DNA of 64,000 nucleotides from Thalassobaculaceae bacterium (GTDB lineage Bacteria; Pseudomonadota; Alphaproteobacteria; Thalassobaculales; Thalassobaculaceae): NCBI GenBank assembly GCA_965228875.1, contig OZ245843.1, positions 4,570,616 to 4,634,615 of the forward strand, read 5' to 3'. Shown piece by piece: positions 59,132 to 64,000 of this stretch (position 1 is its first letter; each line of letters starts with the position of its first letter). The notes under the pieces were generated by a model. It saw only the letters and a program-made list of their open reading frames with translations, ran no database searches and was not told where the DNA came from. The position numbers and the translations under genes were made by a program.

Positions 59132-60043
59132 ATGAGCGGAACCATCAGCGCCGGGGTGATCGGCCTTGGCTCCATGGGCATGGGCGTGGCGCGGTCGCTG
59201 CGCCGGGCCGGGATCGAGACCTGGGGCTGCGACGTCGTCGACACCCGTCGCAGTGAGCTTGAGGAGATCGGCGGCCACTGGGCCACCAGTCCGTGGGAAC
59301 TGGGCAAGAACGTCGACGTCGCCATCGTCCTTGTCGTCAACGCCGAGCAGACCCGCAGCGTCCTGTTCGCGGATGCCGGCGCGGCGGAGTCCCTGCACGC
59401 CGATTCCGTCGTCATCGCGAGCGCCACGGTGCCCGCCGCCGAGTCGGTGGCGATCGGACAGGATCTCGCGGACCGAGGCATTCACATGATCGACGGGCCG
59501 GTCTCCGGCGGGGCGGTCGGCGCCAACGCGGGCGAGCTCTCGCTCATGGCCTCCGGCCCGGACATCGCGTTCGATCTGGCCGAGCCCGTTCTGGACGCCA
59601 TCGCCAAGACGGTCTACCGCCTGGGCAAGGCCCACGGCGTCGGCTCGACGGTGAAGACCATCAACCAGCTCCTTGCCGGTGTGCACATCGCCGCCGCCTG
59701 CGAGGCGATGGCCCTGGGCGTGCGGGCCGGCGTCGATCCGCACACCCTGTTCGAGGTGATCTCCAACTCCGCCGGATCGTCCTGGATGTTCAACAACCGG
59801 GTGCCGCATATCCTCGACGGCGACTATGCGCCGAAGAGCGCGGTGGACATCTTCGTCAAGGATCTCGGCATCGTTCTGGAGACCGGCAAGCGCCACACCT
59901 TCCCGCTGCCGCTTACCGCCGCCGCCCACCAGCAGTTCCTCGCCGCCGCTGCCGCCGGCCTCGGCCGGGAGGACGACAGCGCGGTGATCAAGGTGTTCCA
60001 GAAGCTGGCCGGGATCGAGCTGCCCGAAGGCAAGGACGGCTGA
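59132..60043 (+). CDS. ltnD: L-threonate dehydrogenase-like beta-hydroxyacid dehydrogenase
   Basis: GLGSMG, PVSGG, KTINQLLAGVHIAAACEA, SWMFNNRVPHILDGDYAPKSAVDIFVKDLGIV. Confidence 0.75.
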   Translation: MSGTISAGVIGLGSMGMGVARSLRRAGIETWGCDVVDTRRSELEEIGGHWATSPWELGKNVDVAIVLVVNAEQTRSVLFADAGAAESLHADSVVIASATVPAAESVAIGQDLADRGIHMIDGPVSGGAVGANAGELSLMASGPDIAFDLAEPVLDAIAKTVYRLGKAHGVGSTVKTINQLLAGVHIAAACEAMALGVRAGVDPHTLFEVISNSAGSSWMFNNRVPHILDGDYAPKSAVDIFVKDLGIVLETGKRHTFPLPLTAAAHQQFLAAAAAGLGREDDSAVIKVFQKLAGIELPEGKDG

Positions 60044-60063
60044 TCCCGGGCCCTGCGGGGCGT

Positions 60064-60459
60064 TCAGCCTGCGGCGAACGGATCGTAGTCGCCGAAGCTC
60101 CAGAGCCGACCTTCCGGATCGCGCACGGAATAGTCCCGCGCGCCGTAGTCCTTGTCCGTCGGCGGGCTGACGATCTCGGCTCCGGCCGCCCTTGCGCGGT
60201 CGCAGTGAGCGTCGACATCGTCGACCCGGACATAAACGCCGTACGCCACCTCGGCCCAGGGGTTGTCCGGATCCGGCGCGCCGCCGGAGCCGAGCATCAC
60301 CATGCCGTTGCCGTACCGGACCTGGGCATGGGCGATGCTGTCCCCGTCGCCGGGCACGACCAGGTTCGGGGCGAAACCGAACGCCCGCTCGAGCCAGGCG
60401 ATGGCCGCCTGGGCGTCGCAGTAGCGCAGACACGGAAATACTGTCGGGTTGTCGGACAT
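60064..60459 (-). CDS. VOC/glyoxalase family protein
   Basis: AAIAWLERAFGF, HAQV, DYGARDYSVRDPEGRLWSFG. Confidence 0.9.
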   Translation of the reverse strand: MSDNPTVFPCLRYCDAQAAIAWLERAFGFAPNLVVPGDGDSIAHAQVRYGNGMVMLGSGGAPDPDNPWAEVAYGVYVRVDDVDAHCDRARAAGAEIVSPPTDKDYGARDYSVRDPEGRLWSFGDYDPFAAG

Positions 60460-60536
60460 GGAAACCTCCTGCTGAACGTCTGTGCCGCAGGGTAGAGGGC
60501 CGGTCGGGCAGGGGATTGTAGATTTGTAACCGCTCG

Positions 60537-61427
60537 TCAGCCGTCGAGGGTCGCGTCCTCGAACGGCCGGCGGCGTTTCAGAAACTCTGACGGTGTTGCC
60601 CCGGAGAACCGGCGGAAGTCATGGATGAAATGCGCCTGATCGGCATAGCCGCTGGCGTGGGCGACGTCGGTCCACGCCGTGCATTCGCCACGGTCGAACA
60701 GGTCGATCGCATGCCGGAACCGCAGAATCCGGGCGATCCGCTTCGGAGAGAGGCCGATCTGGTCGCGGAAGACGGTGGCGAGATGCTTGCGGCTGCAGTC
60801 CAACTCGGCGGCAAGGGCGTCGACCGGGATCCTCCCGGCGCTTTGGGCGAGGCGCGTCCAGGCGGTTGCCGCGAGGCGGGGTGTCGGGTCGGTGTCCGCC
60901 AGTCGCCGTTCGATGGCCCGGTCGAGCAGGGCGAAACGACGCGGCCAGTTCCGCGTGTCGCGCAAGATCTCGGTCAGGGTCGCCCCCGCGGCACCGAAGG
61001 CGTCGTCGACCCCGACGATCCGGTCGGCAAGCTCGGCCATCGGCACCCCCAGCAGCCGCCGGGCACCCAGCGGCGTCAGGTTCACGTGCAGGCCGCTCTG
61101 CGCGCCACTGGTCGCCGTGTCCACCGGGGCCTGGGACAGACCGGCGACGAACCCTCCCGGAAAGCGACGCATGGGGGCGCCATCGGAGCCGGGAAACCGG
61201 AGGGTGGGGCCGAAATCGAAGATCAGAACGACCGACGTTCCCGGCAGTTCCCGCCGTCGCACAGGGGCCGCACACCGCTCCCGGTAACCGGTGTAGTCGC
61301 GCACCACGGACGCCAGGCGCGGATCCGGGTCGGTCGCGATCATCTCGATCGTCGAAAGGGCGTCTTCATGGCGGGAGATCCGGATGGCCCGACCGGTCAG
61401 GCAGCACTGCCGGGTCTCGACACGCAT
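60537..61427 (-). CDS. AraC family transcriptional regulator
   Basis: SRKHLATVFRDQIGLSPK, GYADQAHFIHDFRRFSGATP; start uncertain. Confidence 0.88.
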   Translation of the reverse strand: MRVETRQCCLTGRAIRISRHEDALSTIEMIATDPDPRLASVVRDYTGYRERCAAPVRRRELPGTSVVLIFDFGPTLRFPGSDGAPMRRFPGGFVAGLSQAPVDTATSGAQSGLHVNLTPLGARRLLGVPMAELADRIVGVDDAFGAAGATLTEILRDTRNWPRRFALLDRAIERRLADTDPTPRLAATAWTRLAQSAGRIPVDALAAELDCSRKHLATVFRDQIGLSPKRIARILRFRHAIDLFDRGECTAWTDVAHASGYADQAHFIHDFRRFSGATPSEFLKRRRPFEDATLDG

Positions 61428-61436
61428 CGCGCCGGC

Positions 61437-61643
61437 TCAGCCGAACAGGCAGCCGATGCCGTAGCAGTCGGCGTCGAGGACATGGACGGTCACTGCCCAA
61501 CCGAGAACATCAAGCAGAGCCATGGCCAGGGTCACCGGCAGACCGATGAACAGCAGCGCGTAGGCGAGCGCCCAACCGGTGAACCGGCGCGCCGGAATCT
61601 CATGGCCATGCACGCGCACGGGCTTCTTGAATTGGGCGAACAT
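61437..61643 (-). CDS. Small membrane protein
   Basis: MFAQFKKPVRVHGHEIPARR, hydrophobic stretch, CYGIGCLFG end. Confidence 0.6.
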   Translation of the reverse strand: MFAQFKKPVRVHGHEIPARRFTGWALAYALLFIGLPVTLAMALLDVLGWAVTVHVLDADCYGIGCLFG

Positions 61644-61684
61644 CCCCGGAAGACTAGCCGCAACCCTCCGCTGAAGGAACCGGC

Positions 61685-62719
61685 ATGGCGAAACGCCCGA
61701 CAGCTCGCAGGACGACAGCTCGCAGGACGACAGCTCGCAGGACGACAGCCGACGCAAACGCCGGCACGCCGGGCGGCACGCGCGCCGGCCTGGAACTCAT
61801 TTGGGACGGGGTGGAGATGCGGCGCTGGACGGAACTGCACGCCGCCGTGCCGAAGGCGCCGCTGGAACAGGCCTGGATGTACGGCGAGGCGATCAGCGCC
61901 GGATCGCCATACCGGGCGACCCGCGGTGTCATCTCCCGTGACGGCAAGCCGGTGGCGATCGTCCAGGCGCTGGAATGGTCGGTGGCCGGTGCCGCCCGCC
62001 TTGCCAAGGCGGTGCGCGGCCCGGTGTTTCTGCTTGACGTCGACGAGGAGGAACGGCTCGCCGCCCACCGGCTGATCGCCGACCGCTGGCCGATGTCCCG
62101 GCTGAACTGGTTCTTCTTCACGCCGGAAGAGGAGGATGGCGACGCCGCCCGGGCGGCGATGCGACGCCTTGGGCTCAGGCGGACAGTGACCGGATACTCG
62201 ACGGCGTGGCTAGACCTGACCGCCGGTTCGGAGGCCTTGCGCGCGGGACTGAACCAGAAATGGCGCAATCAGCTGGTCGCCGCCGAGTCCGAGAAACTGC
62301 GGATACGCGATGCCCATTCCGGACCGGCGATGAACTGGCTGCTGGAGCGCTACGAGACGGTCCGCCGGCGGCAGCGTCACCGTGCGGCGAGCGGGGCGTT
62401 CGCCGCGGCCCTGGCGATCTGCGCGCCGCGTCCGCGCGACGTTCTGCTGCTCCAGGCAGAGCGGGGTTCCGAGCCGCTCGCCGGCGTACTCTTTCTGCGC
62501 CACGGTTTCTCGGCGACGTATCAGATCGCCTACACTTCCGATGCCGGGCGCGCCGCCAATGCCAACCGCCTGCTGCTGTGGGAGGGGATCCGACGACTCG
62601 CCGCCGACGGTGTCCGGTGGCTCGACCTCGGCGGGGTCGACGCTTCCATGGAAGGGGTGACCCGCTTCAAGCTCGGCACCGGCGCCGTCCCCGTGACCCT
62701 GGTGGGGACCTGGATGTAG
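61685..62719 (+). CDS. FemAB-like / GNAT superfamily protein
   Basis: LEQAWMYG, RGPV, TAWLDL...LRAGLNQKWRNQL, LLLWEGI, WLDLGGVD, GVTRFKLGTG. Confidence 0.75.
   Translation: MAKRPTARRTTARRTTARRTTADANAGTPGGTRAGLELIWDGVEMRRWTELHAAVPKAPLEQAWMYGEAISAGSPYRATRGVISRDGKPVAIVQALEWSVAGAARLAKAVRGPVFLLDVDEEERLAAHRLIADRWPMSRLNWFFFTPEEEDGDAARAAMRRLGLRRTVTGYSTAWLDLTAGSEALRAGLNQKWRNQLVAAESEKLRIRDAHSGPAMNWLLERYETVRRRQRHRAASGAFAAALAICAPRPRDVLLLQAERGSEPLAGVLFLRHGFSATYQIAYTSDAGRAANANRLLLWEGIRRLAADGVRWLDLGGVDASMEGVTRFKLGTGAVPVTLVGTWM
61698..61749. repeat. 15-bp in-frame tandem repeat (CGACAGCTCGCAGGA x3 plus partial)
   Basis: Read directly; encodes TARRT repeats. Confidence 0.95.
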
Positions 62720-62774
62720 CCCTTCTCGGAGAGCATGAAAAGCGCGTCCGTCGGGCGGATGCGATCCGGTATTG

Positions 62775-62804
62775 CGCAACATACCGACCAGTTGGTATGT
62801 TGCG
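62775..62804. promoter_or_regulatory. Palindromic operator, probably for the adjacent TetR regulator
   Basis: CGCAACATACC-N8-GGTATGTTGCG perfect 11-bp inverted repeat 15 bp before the tetR-family start. Confidence 0.75.
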
Positions 62805-62819
62805 TGAAAAGGAGATGCC

Positions 62820-63455
62820 ATGCCCCGTCCCACCGCCGGAACGCCCTCCGCCCGCGACAGGCTGCTCGACGCCGCCATCACGGTGATCCGTGCGAACGGC
62901 TATGCCGCGACAAGCGTGGACGAACTGTGCGCGGCCGCCGGCGTGACCAAAGGCGCATTCTTTCACCATTTCCGCAGCAAGGACGGGCTCGCCGTCGCCG
63001 CCGCCGAGCACTGGTCGACGGTCACAGGCGCCCGGTTCGCGGCCGCGCCGTATCACGATCTGGAGGACCCGCTCGACCGGGTGCTTGGCTATGTCGAGTT
63101 CCGCCGCGACCTGATCCGCGGTCGGGTCTGCGAGTTCACCTGTCTGGTCGGAACCATGGTTCAGGAGGCGTACGACGCCCATCCGGACATCGCCACCGCC
63201 TGCGGACGCAGCATATTCGGTCACGCGCAGACGCTGGAACGGGACATCGATGCGGCGATGCGCGGCCGCGGACTCGAGACGGTGTCGTGGAGTGCCGCCG
63301 GCCTCGCCCGCCATACCCAGGCAGTGCTCCAGGGTGCCTTCATCCTTGCCAAGGCCGGCGGCGGGGCCGACGTCGCCGTCGAGCAGATCGACCATCTGAG
63401 ACGCTACATCACGCTGCTCTTCGGGGCGGCGGACCGCTGGGAGAACGCGCCATGA
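62820..63455 (+). CDS. TetR/AcrR family regulator (NemR-like)
   Basis: GYAATSVDELCAAAGVTKGAFFHHFRSK helix-turn-helix; CLVGTMVQE. Confidence 0.92.
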   Translation: MPRPTAGTPSARDRLLDAAITVIRANGYAATSVDELCAAAGVTKGAFFHHFRSKDGLAVAAAEHWSTVTGARFAAAPYHDLEDPLDRVLGYVEFRRDLIRGRVCEFTCLVGTMVQEAYDAHPDIATACGRSIFGHAQTLERDIDAAMRGRGLETVSWSAAGLARHTQAVLQGAFILAKAGGGADVAVEQIDHLRRYITLLFGAADRWENAP

Positions 63456-64000
63456 CCGCTCCGATCAACCGACCGGACGACCTTACCATCGTGCTCGACC
63501 GGGTTCTCGACGCGCCCCGATCCGCGATCTGGCGCTGTTGGACGGAGCCGGACCTGTTGATGCAGTGGCACTGCCCACGGCCCTGGCGGGTCGGCGCCGT
63601 CGATATGGACCTGCGCGCCGGCGGTCGCATGAACATGGTGATGGAGGGGCCGGACGGCGAACGCATCGACTGCGTGGGCTCCTATCTGGAGGTCGTGACC
63701 GGCGAGCGCCTGACGTTCACCGATGCCTATTCGGAAGGGTTCGTGCCGACCGCCAGGCCGTTCATGACCGGTTTCGTCATCCTGGAAGACGCGCCGGCCG
63801 GTCGGACTCGCATGGTCTGGGGCGCGCGTCACCTCGACCCGGAGGCGGTAGAGAGGCACCTCGCCATGGGGTTCGAGACCGGGTGGAATGCCGCGGCCGA
63901 TCAGCTCGAGGTGCTGGCGGCGGGGCTGCCGAGGCCGAAAGGTGCTGATCTGTGGTTCCGGTCGCGGGCGCGGACGTGCCTGTTCCTCGCCTCCGAGGCA
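63452..64000 (+). CDS. SRPBCC/AHSA1 domain protein, no stop before the window end
   Basis: Manual translation: MTAPINRPDDLTIVLDRVLDAPRSAIWRCWTEPDLLMQWHCPRPW...DLRAGG...HLAMGFETGWNAAADQL; ATGA overlap with the TetR gene. Confidence 0.85.
   Translation, partial: MTAPINRPDDLTIVLDRVLDAPRSAIWRCWTEPDLLMQWHCPRPWRVGAVDMDLRAGGRMNMVMEGPDGERIDCVGSYLEVVTGERLTFTDAYSEGFVPTARPFMTGFVILEDAPAGRTRMVWGARHLDPEAVERHLAMGFETGWNAAADQLEVLAAGLPRPKGADLWFRSRARTCLFLASEA

Overview
High-GC bacterial chromosomal segment. The GAAC-N7-GAAC LexA box, the ispH-thrB-rnhA order and a PAS_5-type protein point to an alphaproteobacterium, probably Rhodospirillales-like (inference). It is densely coding, with about 65 genes. I saw no rRNA, tRNA, CRISPR array, transposase or integrase. 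Recognisable modules: the glycine cleavage operon gcvT-gcvH-gcvP under a tandem glycine riboswitch; a LexA-boxed imuA-imuB-dnaE2 mutagenesis cassette with a VOC/glyoxalase gene between imuB and dnaE2; ispH-thrB-rnhA; pyrE; dusA-yciB; a hydantoinase A/B pair divergent from an amidohydrolase; a GNAT/C39-peptidase plus RimK-type ATP-grasp pair; and a Fur-boxed Fe3+-binding protein. The most notable observations are: (1) a TPP riboswitch in front of a branched-chain-amino-acid-type (HAAT/Liv) ABC transporter, a candidate new thiamine or thiamine-precursor importer; (2) a roughly 1.2 kb lower-GC islet carrying a HEPN-like RxxxxH protein divergent from a secreted orphan; (3) a dioxygenase / aldo-keto reductase / Ntn-hydrolase / carbamoyltransferase run in which the reductase has lost three of four catalytic residues; (4) many probable leaderless genes, REP-like hairpin elements and short tandem repeats. 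All product calls come from motif reading by eye; no database search was run.
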